This document shows, one piece after another, positions 42,598 through 51,509 of a stretch of 63,756 nt of DNA (position 1 is its first letter; every line of letters begins with the position of its first letter). The position numbers and the translations under genes were made by a program. The notes beneath the pieces are model-generated. The model was not told the origin of the DNA. It saw nothing but the letters and a program-made list of their open reading frames with translations, and made no database searches. Origin of the DNA: Nanobdellota archaeon (GTDB lineage: Archaea; Nanobdellota; Nanobdellia; Woesearchaeales; JAHIVG01); assembly GCA_018816705.1 (NCBI GenBank), contig JAHIVG010000004.1, positions 1-63,756 on the forward strand, written 5' to 3'.

Positions 42598-44286
42598 ATG
42601 GAAAGCATAGCGTTGACCGTCGTAGTGTACTTTGTCTTCACCATAATCGGCGGCATCATAGCCACCAGGTTCAAGCAGCCGAGCGTGACCATGCTATTGC
42701 TGATGGGCCTCCTCATAGGGCCCCATGCGTTCAGGCTGGCCGGTAGCAGGGTCATCACCGGCTACGTCGTGGAGCTCGGCGCCATCCTCCTCCTGTTCAT
42801 AATAGGCCTGGAATTCTCGCTCAAGAAACTGCAGAAGATAGGCATAAAGGCGGCTGTCATCGGACTGCTCAAGGTGGGCATCGTGCTTTTCCTGGTCCTC
42901 CAGATCGGGCTGCTCCTCGGCCTGGATTTCAGCACCTCCCTCATACTCGGCGCTGCCCTGTCATTCAGCTCGACAGTGATAATCATAAAGGTGCTCGAGC
43001 AGAAGGCCATGATAAACAGGGACGAGATCCCGCTGCTCGTGGCCGTGCTGATAATAGAAGACCTCATCGTGGTGTTCATGCTCGCGTTCTTCTCCAGCTT
43101 CGCCGGCAAGTCCTTCATGGACGGCCTCCAGGAGACCATCCTCGGCCTGGTAGTCCTGGCCTGCGTCTACGTCATGCTGACCAGGATACTGAAATCCGTC
43201 TTCCGCTGGGTCGAGAAGAACAGCAGCGAGGACATAACCCCGTTCTTCGCCCTCGGCCTCTGCAGCAGCATGAGCTACCTCGCCTATGTGCTGCGCCTCT
43301 CGCCGACCATCGGCGCGTTCCTGGCAGGCAGCGTCATCGCCTCCATGCCCGGCAACAAGAGGTTCCTGAGCTCCTTGAACCCCTATGTGATGATGGTGAC
43401 CAGCATGTTCTTCATAGCCGTCGGCACCATGGTCGATATGAGGGTCGTGGTCGACAACGCGTGGATCATCATAGTCCTCATCGCCGCGGTCCTGGTAATC
43501 AGGTATCTTGCCATATTCCTCATCACCTCCATCGTTGCGAACTTCAGGAGTGAGCAGGCGGCCTTCTTCTCGGTGGCCATGTTCTCTGTCGGCGAGCTCT
43601 CATTGCTGATTGCGCAGGTCACCAAGCCCTATGCATCCATCGACATAATCTCCATCTCGGCCGCTATAGTGTTCATATCATCACTGCTGATGACCTTCAC
43701 CTTGCCTTCCTCCCAGAGGCTTTCCTCATGGGCCGTCGTGCCCAGGAGGTTCCAGAGTAGGATGAACAACCTGTCCGGCCTGATAAAATCCCTGCTCGAG
43801 GGCCTTGACACCGACAGCAGGGCCAGCTCCATGTTCAAGAGCTGCCTGTCCAAGACCTTCAAGGCCGGCCTCGCCTCTGTCGTGCTTGTTGTCGCGGCTT
43901 CAGCGACCGGCAGGTTCCTGCCCGACGGCGCGGCAAAGGTGGTGGCGGCGGCCCTCGCCCTGGTGACGGCCTATATGCTTTTCAACATGGGCAGGCATCT
44001 CAACGATGCCATGGACCACCTGGCTGCTGTCTACACCAACAGCTGCCCTGAGACGCACATGAGCCGGGCCCTCTCCACCCTCCGCGCCCTGCTGATATCT
44101 TTCCTTTCCCTGGTGGCAGGGCTGTTCATGCCGTTCCTGCTCTTCTCGCTGGGGCTGCCTGCCTGGAGCATCATATTCGCGTATCTTCTCATAATCCTGA
44201 GTGCGTATCTGGTGATAGGGAGCATGTCCCATATCCGCATCGGGATACCCGCGGTGCCGAGGAAGAGGTTCGTCAGGCCGTTCTGA
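42598..44286 (+). CDS. Cation:proton antiporter (CPA2/Kef-like Na+/H+ exchanger family, 562 aa)
   Basis: About 12-13 TM helices. The N-terminal ..GGIIATRFKQPSV...L.MGLLIGPH.. is typical of CPA family members. ATG 42598 follows GGGGGT. Confidence 0.75.
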   Translation: MESIALTVVVYFVFTIIGGIIATRFKQPSVTMLLLMGLLIGPHAFRLAGSRVITGYVVELGAILLLFIIGLEFSLKKLQKIGIKAAVIGLLKVGIVLFLVLQIGLLLGLDFSTSLILGAALSFSSTVIIIKVLEQKAMINRDEIPLLVAVLIIEDLIVVFMLAFFSSFAGKSFMDGLQETILGLVVLACVYVMLTRILKSVFRWVEKNSSEDITPFFALGLCSSMSYLAYVLRLSPTIGAFLAGSVIASMPGNKRFLSSLNPYVMMVTSMFFIAVGTMVDMRVVVDNAWIIIVLIAAVLVIRYLAIFLITSIVANFRSEQAAFFSVAMFSVGELSLLIAQVTKPYASIDIISISAAIVFISSLLMTFTLPSSQRLSSWAVVPRRFQSRMNNLSGLIKSLLEGLDTDSRASSMFKSCLSKTFKAGLASVVLVVAASATGRFLPDGAAKVVAAALALVTAYMLFNMGRHLNDAMDHLAAVYTNSCPETHMSRALSTLRALLISFLSLVAGLFMPFLLFSLGLPAWSIIFAYLLIILSAYLVIGSMSHIRIGIPAVPRKRFVRPF

Positions 44287-44303
44287 CGCGGATTATTGGC
44301 AAG

Positions 44304-44313
44304 TTTAATATAT
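44304..44313 (+). promoter_or_regulatory. TATA box for the Trm11-like gene (leaderless)
   Basis: TTTAATATAT lies 31 nt upstream of ATG 44335. Confidence 0.4.
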
Positions 44314-44334
44314 CCTTATCCCGGTCCCTGCTGC

Positions 44335-45228
44335 ATGATGATCCTAGCCCATCTCAAAGGTGTGCCCCTGGCTGAGGCCGAGGCCCTGGCTGCCCTCCAG
44401 CTGAAAAACACGAAAAGGGACGGCCGCTTCTTCATCGGGGAGGCGGAACCAAGAAAAGTCATGCTGGCCTATTCGCACGCCGTCTATGAGCTGCTGTTCT
44501 CATGCGATGCCGCAGGGCTGGAGAAGAGATGCGAGGTTTTTGACTGGCAGATGTATTGCCGAGGCAGCTATGCTGTCCGCTCGAGCAAGAGCCAGGTGGA
44601 GCTGGCGGACATCATCTGGCGGTCGTTGAGGCAGCCGAAGGTAGACCTGTCAAAGCCCAAGACCGTATTCCAGTTCTTCTTCGGCAGGAAGGCATATGCG
44701 TGCAGGCTGCTGCAGGAGATGCCGAAGCCCTTGCCCAGCACGACGTCCTGGCCTGAGTTCCACCCTGCAAGCATGGACACCCGCCTGGCCAGGGCCATGG
44801 TCAACCTCGCGCAATCCAAGACTATTCTTGATCCTTTCTGCGGCATCGGCACCATCCCCATCGAGGCTGCCTTGCAGGACAGGAAAGCGATGGGCTCAGA
44901 CATCGATCCCATCATGGTGAAACGCGCCAGGATCAATGCCAAACATCTCAAGGCCAAGGCTGCATTAAAAGTCGCTGATGCTTTCAAGGCAAATGCTCCC
45001 ACTATGGTTACTGAGCTGCCCTTCGGCAAGAACTCCAGGATGATTGGTCCGGACGATTTCTTCGAGGGATTCTTGAAACGCTGCAAGGCCAAGAGGCTTG
45101 TCGCAGTCTTCCCAGAGGACAAGAAGATACTGCGGGCAGCGAAGAGGCACTGGAAGGTCGAACAGCACCACACGATACGGGTCCACAAGAGCCTCACCAA
45201 GATGCTGCTGGTGTGTTCTCAGAAGTAG
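44335..45228 (+). CDS. Trm11/Trm-G10-like N2-guanine RNA methyltransferase (UPF0020 family, 297 aa)
   Basis: ..P.SMD.RLARAMVNLA......ILDPFCGIGTIPIEAAL.. (SAM motif I) and ..VTELPFGKNS.. (a variant of D/N-PPY). TATA at 44304-44313 lies 31 nt upstream of ATG 44335. Confidence 0.65.
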   Translation: MMILAHLKGVPLAEAEALAALQLKNTKRDGRFFIGEAEPRKVMLAYSHAVYELLFSCDAAGLEKRCEVFDWQMYCRGSYAVRSSKSQVELADIIWRSLRQPKVDLSKPKTVFQFFFGRKAYACRLLQEMPKPLPSTTSWPEFHPASMDTRLARAMVNLAQSKTILDPFCGIGTIPIEAALQDRKAMGSDIDPIMVKRARINAKHLKAKAALKVADAFKANAPTMVTELPFGKNSRMIGPDDFFEGFLKRCKAKRLVAVFPEDKKILRAAKRHWKVEQHHTIRVHKSLTKMLLVCSQK

Positions 45229-45231
45229 AAA

Positions 45232-45243
45232 TTTTATAAATTA
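45232..45243 (+). promoter_or_regulatory. TATA box for the fabD-like gene (leaderless)
   Basis: TTTTATAAATTA lies 31 nt upstream of ATG 45263, directly after the preceding stop codon. Confidence 0.4.
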
Positions 45244-45262
45244 TGCTGCATTCCCCCCTCCT

Positions 45263-46192
45263 ATGATAGTGGGCGTATTCCCGGGGCAGGGTAACCAGTA
45301 CATGGGCATGGGGCAGGATGTTTTTGAGAACCATAAGACAGCCAGGCTCAGAAGTAAGTATGCAGCCAAAGTGACAGGCATCGATATCCCGAGAATATCC
45401 CATGAGGGTACCCCTGAAGAGCAGAGGGAGCCTGTAAATCTTCAGCTCATCACTTATGTTCATTCCTGCTTCATGCACGATATCCTAAAAGAAGAGACTG
45501 GGCTGGATATCTTCTGTTACGCAGGCCACTCAGTCGGTGAGTATGCAGCCCTGTATGCCGCAAATTCCTTCTCTTTCGCTGACGGCGCGAGGATAGTCAA
45601 GAAAAGGGCTGAGTTCATGAAGAGGGATATAGATATCCAACGGTTTCCGGATGGACATTTCCTGGTTGCCTTGTTGGGTGCAGATGTGGGTGAAGTGAAG
45701 CGCTTATGTCTCGAATCAGGCCTGCAGGTGGCACTTTACAATTCACCTGGCAATATTGTCATCGGAGGCCATCCAGACTTGATAGAAGAATGGGAGGAAA
45801 AGATGCCCGGCAGGCCACGTAAGCTTGGTGTCCCAGGACCCTTCCACACGAAGTATTTCGTCAACGCTGGAGAAAGCCTTAAAGAGTACCTCAAGGGGCT
45901 TGATCTAAGGGTGCCTGAAGGGCTTGTATACTCTAATTACACTGCTGAGCCTTATGAGAAGGATATTGAAGACCCGATACTGCATATGATATACAACCTG
46001 GCTGAACAGCTTTCCAACCCTGTAAGGTGGATGCAGATCATCCAGAACATGCCTGACCTCGAGCTGGCCATTGAGATGGGACCTGGCAAGTCATTGGCAG
46101 GGATGATAAAGAAGACCAGGCCTGAGGTGAAGACTCTATCTGTCCAGGATATGCCTAGTTTGGAATCTGCTGTTGCTGAGCTCTCTTCATGA
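45263..46192 (+). CDS. fabD: FabD-like malonyl-CoA:ACP transacylase / acyltransferase-domain protein (309 aa)
   Basis: VFPGQGNQYMGMG, nucleophile elbow GHSVGEYAALYAA, ..YNSPGNIVIGG.., ..PGPFHT.. and ..NPVRW.. . Start refined to ATG 45263, which is 31 nt downstream of TTTTATAAATTA. Confidence 0.8.
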   Translation: MIVGVFPGQGNQYMGMGQDVFENHKTARLRSKYAAKVTGIDIPRISHEGTPEEQREPVNLQLITYVHSCFMHDILKEETGLDIFCYAGHSVGEYAALYAANSFSFADGARIVKKRAEFMKRDIDIQRFPDGHFLVALLGADVGEVKRLCLESGLQVALYNSPGNIVIGGHPDLIEEWEEKMPGRPRKLGVPGPFHTKYFVNAGESLKEYLKGLDLRVPEGLVYSNYTAEPYEKDIEDPILHMIYNLAEQLSNPVRWMQIIQNMPDLELAIEMGPGKSLAGMIKKTRPEVKTLSVQDMPSLESAVAELSS

Positions 46193-46931
46193 CCAGCACG
46201 TTGACAGGGTCGAGCATGGTCAGTTCTCCGGTGTTCTTGTCAGTGTCCCATCTGACCATGTACATCTTCATGATGGCCAGTTCTGGGCCTTCTCTCGTAT
46301 GATGATTGTGGACTTCAAGGGTGTATTCAGGGTCTTCACCGTCATAGATTGCCTTCAGTCGCTTGAATTCCATGAAATAGGATCCAATCACCTCGTCACT
46401 GTTGGTGAGGCCCTTCACTCTTGGATCAAAGATATCCAATAGTTGATACTTGCCTCTTTCTGTCTGGTCCGGGGTTATCATGAAGCTGAGCCCACCGTCG
46501 AATGTCTTGATGCCGTCTTCTGTCTTCTCGACACCGACAAAATATGCCTCTGGAACGCTCAGACCCATCCCTCGCATGTTCTCGATGGATTCAGGGAGCC
46601 TTGTCTCGTATGACATCGAGGGAGCTATTGCATAATGCCTCCTCATCTCATGCCTTGGGCAGGTCTTGCCCACATATCCAGTCCCGAGCTGGATGACTAT
46701 CTGTTCCGAGCCTTGGTCGAATAACTCATCAGCCCCCCTTGATAGGAACACCATAGGGTGGGAGAGCCCAAGATAAGGCAGCTGCTCAGCCAGGTCCTTC
46801 GCCGAATACCCTCTCAACAATCTCTCTTTGAGCTCATCAATTCTCTTATCATCGTCAGCCGATTCCCTAGTAAGAATGAGTTCAAGAGCCCGCATCGAAT
46901 CCTGGACTTCCGGCTTCATACAGGGGTGCAT
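46155..46931 (-). CDS. Hypothetical protein (258 aa)
   Basis: Clean ORF convergent with fabD (38-nt overlap). No family recognised. Confidence 0.55.
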   Translation of the reverse strand: MHPCMKPEVQDSMRALELILTRESADDDKRIDELKERLLRGYSAKDLAEQLPYLGLSHPMVFLSRGADELFDQGSEQIVIQLGTGYVGKTCPRHEMRRHYAIAPSMSYETRLPESIENMRGMGLSVPEAYFVGVEKTEDGIKTFDGGLSFMITPDQTERGKYQLLDIFDPRVKGLTNSDEVIGSYFMEFKRLKAIYDGEDPEYTLEVHNHHTREGPELAIMKMYMVRWDTDKNTGELTMLDPVNVLVMKRAQQQQIPN

Positions 46932-47109
46932 ATCGCTTTTATTTAAAAATCTATCGGTCCGTTACTATCATTTAAGGACAAATTTATCACCTAACGGTGC
47001 CGATAAGTTCCCTAATAAAAATATCAATTATTAGTATATTAGTATACCTTTTCAGGATACCATAAGATGTTGCAGTCATGCGGCCCACACCCATGTTCAA
47101 TATGCTTGA

Positions 47110-47373
47110 CTACAATAATTTCGCGCCGCTGCCCGAGACTCTTTTGAACCCTTTGATCAGATGGATCCGGTTCTTTATAGAATCATATATCTTCTCGATC
47201 TCTGCCGGCGTGAAATCGACTATCCCAGAAGAGCTCTTACCCATATAGCAGACGGATATCGACTCCCTGTCTGGATGCAGCAGGTCTTCGTTGATGACTA
47301 TCTCTTTCACGTTGCCGCTTGTCTCCACACGGGCAATCCCGTCCGGATTTTGCTTCCTGATCCTTATTTGCAT
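47110..47373 (-). CDS. Hypothetical small protein (87 aa)
   Basis: ATG preceded by AAGGGGGTTGATCA, with a TATA-like TTTAAATAC about 40-50 nt upstream. No family recognised. Confidence 0.45.
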   Translation of the reverse strand: MQIRIRKQNPDGIARVETSGNVKEIVINEDLLHPDRESISVCYMGKSSSGIVDFTPAEIEKIYDSIKNRIHLIKGFKRVSGSGAKLL

Positions 47374-47584
47374 TGATCAACCCCCTTATGACTATCTTAA
47401 AATGGTGACATGTATTTAAACTTTGTCATCGACATGGGTTTGTAGAAAATCATTTTATCACGGCCATGCTCAGGGCGGTAAATAAGGGGGGTGATTGGCC
47501 GGAGCGACTTATCCCCCAGATTTATGACAAGGCCCGTTTGATGCATGAATATCGATGCATAAATATAAAAACAACCCGCGTTTC

Positions 47585-48220
47585 ATGCCCAGCATGAGGG
47601 CTGTCATCTTCGACATGGACGGCGTGCTTCTCGACTCATGCGCAGACCACGAGGCCGCCTGGAAGAGTATATGGGAAGATTTCCACATCCAGGATGAGTT
47701 CGATTTCTCGTCGATGTCAGGCATGGATACCGACGAGATAGCTGAGATGCTCCATCAGAAGTTCGGTGTTGATGCCGAGGCCATAGCAGCAAGGAAGCAT
47801 GAACATGAGCGCAACCTTAAGGTCAATTATATGCAGGGCGCAGAAGAGCTCATCTCCACCCTGAAGGCAAGGTTCATCCTGGGATTAGGCACTTCATCTC
47901 CGACCCAATCACTAAAGGCCTATGATGCCAAGCTCGGATTCCTGGCCAATTTCAAGGAATATGTGAATTCCGAGCTCGTGGAGCGTGCCAAGCCAGCACC
48001 AGACATCTATCGCGAGGTGGCAAGACGCCTGGATGTGCCGCCGGAGGAATGCTGCGTCATCGAGGACAGCGGCAACGGGATAAAGGCTGCAAAGGCTGCA
48101 GGCATGAAATGCATTGCCATCATGAACAATTACCTTTCTGTGAAGGACATGCAGCTCGCAGACGCTGCTGTAGAGAACCTTTCAGAGATCACTATCGACA
48201 TGATCGAGAAACTGAGGTGA
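47585..48220 (+). CDS. HAD-superfamily hydrolase (beta-phosphoglucomutase-like subfamily, 211 aa)
   Basis: Motif I AVIFDMDGVLLDS, motif II ..LGLGTSS.., motif III/IV ..K..P..Y....... and ..CVIEDSGNGI.AAKAAGM. The TATA-like ATAAATATAAAA at 47559-47570 argues against the ORF-track start 47555. ATG 47594 is an alternative. Confidence 0.8.
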   Translation: MPSMRAVIFDMDGVLLDSCADHEAAWKSIWEDFHIQDEFDFSSMSGMDTDEIAEMLHQKFGVDAEAIAARKHEHERNLKVNYMQGAEELISTLKARFILGLGTSSPTQSLKAYDAKLGFLANFKEYVNSELVERAKPAPDIYREVARRLDVPPEECCVIEDSGNGIKAAKAAGMKCIAIMNNYLSVKDMQLADAAVENLSEITIDMIEKLR

Positions 48221-48225
48221 ATATC

Positions 48226-49485
48226 ATGGACAAAGGAACCAACTATGAAGTCAAGGACATCAAGCTCGCAGAACAGGGCAGGAAGAACATCGAGTATGCA
48301 GAGCTGCAGATGGGCGCGCTCTTGAAGGTGAAGGAGCGCTTCGCCAAGGAGAAACCCCTGAAAGGCATCAAGGTCGGCCTCGCACTGCATGTAACGAAAG
48401 AGACTGCAGTCCTGGTCAGGACCTTGGTTGCAGGCGGCGCTGAAGTCGCAATCACAGGATGCAACCCTTTGAGCACGCAGGATGACGTCGCCGCAGCCCT
48501 TGCAGAGGAAGATATCAAGGTCTGGGCGTACAAGGGCGAGAACAAGGAGGATTACTATCGTTACATAACCAAAGTGATAGAATTCAAACCTGACGTTACC
48601 ATTGACGACGGCTGCGACCTCGTGTCAGAAGTGCACACGAAACATCCTGAATTGATAAAGGACATTATCTGCGGCTGCGAGGAGACCACCACGGGCATAA
48701 TCAGGCTCAGGGCGATGGAGAAAGACGGCAAGCTGCTCTATCCGGTCTTCGCCGTGAACGACCAGTTCACCAAGCACCTGTTCGATAACTACTATGGCAC
48801 AGGCCAGAGCACCTGGGACGGCATACTGAGAGCCTCGAACACCCTCATAGCAGGAAAGAATGTTGTAGTCGCAGGCTACGGACAGTGCGGCAAGGGTGTT
48901 GCTGCAAGGGCACTAGGCATGAGTGCAAATGTCATAGTGACTGAGATCGACCAGTTCAAGGCCCTGCAGGCCGCCATGGACGGCTTCAGGGTCATGAAGA
49001 TGGAGGATGCATCCAAGATAGGCGATATCTTTGTGACGGTTACAGGCAACAAGCACGTGATAACCGTGGACCACATCAAGAAGATGAAGGAAGGTGCGAT
49101 ATTCTGCAACTCAGGGCATTTCGACAACGAGATAGATGTCGAGGGGCTTGAGAAGGCCGCCAAGAAGCGTAGGATAAGGCCTTTGTTCGACGAGTACACC
49201 ATCAACGGCAAGAAGGTCTTCTTGGCTGGCGAAGGAAGATTAGTGAACCTCGCTGTGGCAGAGGGCCACCCATCGACCGTCATGGCCATGTCGTTCTGCA
49301 ACCAGGCATTAGCGGTAGAATACGGCGTGAAGAACAAGGACAGGCTCAAGCCCGGCGTGGTCAAGCTGCCTGGGAAGATGGACCGGCATGTGGCCGACCT
49401 CCAGCTAGAGGCGATGAAAATAGAATACGATAGGCTCACGCCTGAGCAGGAGAAATACCTCAACAGCTGGGAAGAGGGCACGTGA
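48226..49485 (+). CDS. ahcY: Adenosylhomocysteinase (419 aa)
   Basis: ..YEVKDIKLAEQGRKNIEYAE.QM..L.., ..TGCNPLSTQDDVAAAL.., NAD-binding VVAGYGQCGKGVA and ..NSGHFDNEID.. . GAGGTGA lies 5 nt upstream of ATG 48226. The ORF-track N-terminal extension overlaps the HAD gene. Confidence 0.92.
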   Translation: MDKGTNYEVKDIKLAEQGRKNIEYAELQMGALLKVKERFAKEKPLKGIKVGLALHVTKETAVLVRTLVAGGAEVAITGCNPLSTQDDVAAALAEEDIKVWAYKGENKEDYYRYITKVIEFKPDVTIDDGCDLVSEVHTKHPELIKDIICGCEETTTGIIRLRAMEKDGKLLYPVFAVNDQFTKHLFDNYYGTGQSTWDGILRASNTLIAGKNVVVAGYGQCGKGVAARALGMSANVIVTEIDQFKALQAAMDGFRVMKMEDASKIGDIFVTVTGNKHVITVDHIKKMKEGAIFCNSGHFDNEIDVEGLEKAAKKRRIRPLFDEYTINGKKVFLAGEGRLVNLAVAEGHPSTVMAMSFCNQALAVEYGVKNKDRLKPGVVKLPGKMDRHVADLQLEAMKIEYDRLTPEQEKYLNSWEEGT

Positions 49486-49505
49486 GTCCTGATTGATGGT
49501 TACGC

Positions 49506-49511
49506 TTTTTT
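49506..49511 (+). terminator. T6 tract after ahcY (archaeal oligo-T terminator candidate)
   Basis: cgcTTTTTTcc lies 21 nt after the ahcY stop and just before the pilin-operon TATA. Confidence 0.35.
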
Positions 49512-49513
49512 CC

Positions 49514-49527
49514 ATAAATTTATAAAT
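49514..49527 (+). promoter_or_regulatory. TATA box for the pilin/vWA operon
   Basis: ATAAATTTATAAAT lies about 55-65 nt upstream of ATG 49581, which has a purine-rich AGAGGGAAAGAG leader. Confidence 0.4.
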
Positions 49528-49580
49528 GATGCCGGCAGAGATAGCTATGAAGTAGTTTGAGGGCTAAAAGAGGGAAAGAG

Positions 49581-49997
49581 ATGCGCATAGGACAAGCTAG
49601 CATGGAATACATCATCGTCATCGGCTTCGCCCTGCTGATGGCCTTCCCGCTCATAATGATCTTCTTCTCCCAGAGCCAGGATGTGACCGATCAGCTCAGC
49701 ATGAACCAGGTGAGGGAGATAGGCCGCAAGGTGATTAACACGGCCGAGAAGGTGTACTACCTCGGCGAGCCCTCGCAGACCATCCTCAAGGTATACCTCC
49801 CTAGCCACGTCGATAGTTTTATCGTGAACGGTACCACCCAGGAGATCGTGTTCAAGGTGAAGATAGAGAGTTCCTTGAGCGATGTCGTGTTCAGGTCAGA
49901 CGTCCCCATATACAATTCCAGTCTGTTGCCGGTCTCAGGCATCAGATTCATCAAGATAAGGACTGTAGATGGCAGGGTGAACATCACAGATGCGTAG
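49581..49997 (+). CDS. Class III signal peptide (archaeal type IV pilin-like) protein 1 (138 aa)
   Basis: MRIG|QASMEYIIVIGFALLMAFPLIMIFF has a short basic leader, Gln at +1, S-x-E-[YF] and a hydrophobic helix. This matches the 'Class III signal peptide' family motif and Methanococcus EppA-type pilins. Confidence 0.75.
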   Translation: MRIGQASMEYIIVIGFALLMAFPLIMIFFSQSQDVTDQLSMNQVREIGRKVINTAEKVYYLGEPSQTILKVYLPSHVDSFIVNGTTQEIVFKVKIESSLSDVVFRSDVPIYNSSLLPVSGIRFIKIRTVDGRVNITDA

Positions 49998-50394
49998 CCA
50001 GATCTCGATGGAGTTCATGGTCCTAATCGCGGTAGGGATACTCAGCTTCATCGTGGTCATCGTCATTGTCGGGGACCAGGTCAAGGAGATGTATGATGAC
50101 AGGGAGTATATAATGACGAGGAACATCGCCATCGAGCTCCAGAACGAGTTCTACCTGGCTGCCCAGGTGCATCACGGCTATGAGCGCACAATTGAGGTTC
50201 CCGATGACGTGGAAGGGATAACTATGGAAATTGCCCTCAACACCGAGACTGCTATCCTGACCGTCAAGTCAGCGAGATACGAGCACGTCATGAACGTCCC
50301 CCATAACATCAAGGGCACCTTGCTGGCAGGAGTCGACAACGTGATAGCCAACAACCACAGCCTGGTGCTGATCAAGCCGGAGCTGATAGGATGA
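49990..50394 (+). CDS. Class III signal peptide (pilin-like) protein 2 (134 aa)
   Basis: MRS|QISMEFMVLIAVGILSFIVVIVIV. 8-nt overlap with the previous gene. Confidence 0.75.
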   Translation: MRSQISMEFMVLIAVGILSFIVVIVIVGDQVKEMYDDREYIMTRNIAIELQNEFYLAAQVHHGYERTIEVPDDVEGITMEIALNTETAILTVKSARYEHVMNVPHNIKGTLLAGVDNVIANNHSLVLIKPELIG

Positions 50395-51509
50395 GCCGCC
50401 GCTCCCAGGTGTGGTACATGGACTTCATTATGTCCTTCTTCATATTCTCTGTCGTGATAGTGATATTCATGCATTTCATCGTCAACAAGAGCGAGGAGAG
50501 CAAGGTGGTCCAGGACCAGCTTCTCACTGACGCGAGGATAATCTCCAATTCACTCATGCTGCCTGGCTACCCGTTGAACTGGGACCACACGAACGTGGAC
50601 AGGATAGGCATAACGGACAAGAACAGCAAGTTCAACAGGACCAAGCTCCTGGAGTTCCAGAAGCTTACCTATTCAGAGATGAGGAAGAGGTTCGACGTCC
50701 CGCACGACTTCATGATCTTTTTCGAGGGCGACAACCGCAAGTCTGTTCCCGTCTTCGGCGTGTGCAGCGTCGGCCACCCGGACATGGACCTCTCTTCGAA
50801 GAGGAAGATTGCGTATTACACCAGGAACATAGAGGATGCCGTCCTCGACCCGGACAGCCATGAAGTGTATGACGACCTGGATGAGATGGGCATCACTGCT
50901 GTTGACACATTCTGCGAAGAAGGCCATACGAAATGCAACGGGCTGACCGCAGAACTTGAGAATGATCTCTTTGACTACGACCTCCTCATCGTGGAGAACG
51001 GAGACCTCGACCTGGTGCCATCATTCCTTTCCTGGGCCGAGAAGGGCCTGCCGACTTTGCTCATCGGCGACTTCACCACTGCCGGGATGATGGGCATGAA
51101 TGTGGACCATACAGAGACTGTTGGCTCGACCGATGCCATCATGGCAAAGGAACTTCCCTTCCTTGACCTAACAGCAGACTCGATGATATCCATGAACCAT
51201 GATTATGTAGTGCTGACGAATAATGATCCGAATGTCATCGTCGAAACTTATGCCACTTCGGACGAGTGGGGCACCGGTATAATGGCCTGGACCTATTCCG
51301 ACGGCACCATCTACCACTTCAGCTCCGCAGACATACTGTCGCCCCCGGACTTCTACGACCAGCTGAAGCTCGGCATCTACGACCTTGCCAATCATAATTG
51401 CTCCAAGCTGGACCTGTCAGCTGTGGATTATAGCAACGTGGTCAAGCTCTCGAGGTTCCTGGTCAAGAAGAACAGGGTCATAAACATGGTGATACTTACA
51501 TGGGACTAG
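50391..51509 (+). CDS. Pilin-like N-terminus protein 3 (372 aa)
   Basis: MSRRS|QVWYMDFIMSFFIFSVVIVIFMHFIV. ATGA overlap with the previous gene. The globular part is unrecognised. Confidence 0.6.
   Translation: MSRRSQVWYMDFIMSFFIFSVVIVIFMHFIVNKSEESKVVQDQLLTDARIISNSLMLPGYPLNWDHTNVDRIGITDKNSKFNRTKLLEFQKLTYSEMRKRFDVPHDFMIFFEGDNRKSVPVFGVCSVGHPDMDLSSKRKIAYYTRNIEDAVLDPDSHEVYDDLDEMGITAVDTFCEEGHTKCNGLTAELENDLFDYDLLIVENGDLDLVPSFLSWAEKGLPTLLIGDFTTAGMMGMNVDHTETVGSTDAIMAKELPFLDLTADSMISMNHDYVVLTNNDPNVIVETYATSDEWGTGIMAWTYSDGTIYHFSSADILSPPDFYDQLKLGIYDLANHNCSKLDLSAVDYSNVVKLSRFLVKKNRVINMVILTWD

Noticed and set aside
48049-48225. N-terminal extensions proposed by the ORF track for ahcY (48049), fabD (45098), moaB (11762), purQ (25555), HAD (47555) and the 197-aa Cys-rich ORF (18143)
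   Set aside because: The extensions overlap the preceding gene or its promoter and add Arg/Cys/His-rich junk. Internal ATGs with an SD or a correctly spaced TATA give proteins of canonical length.
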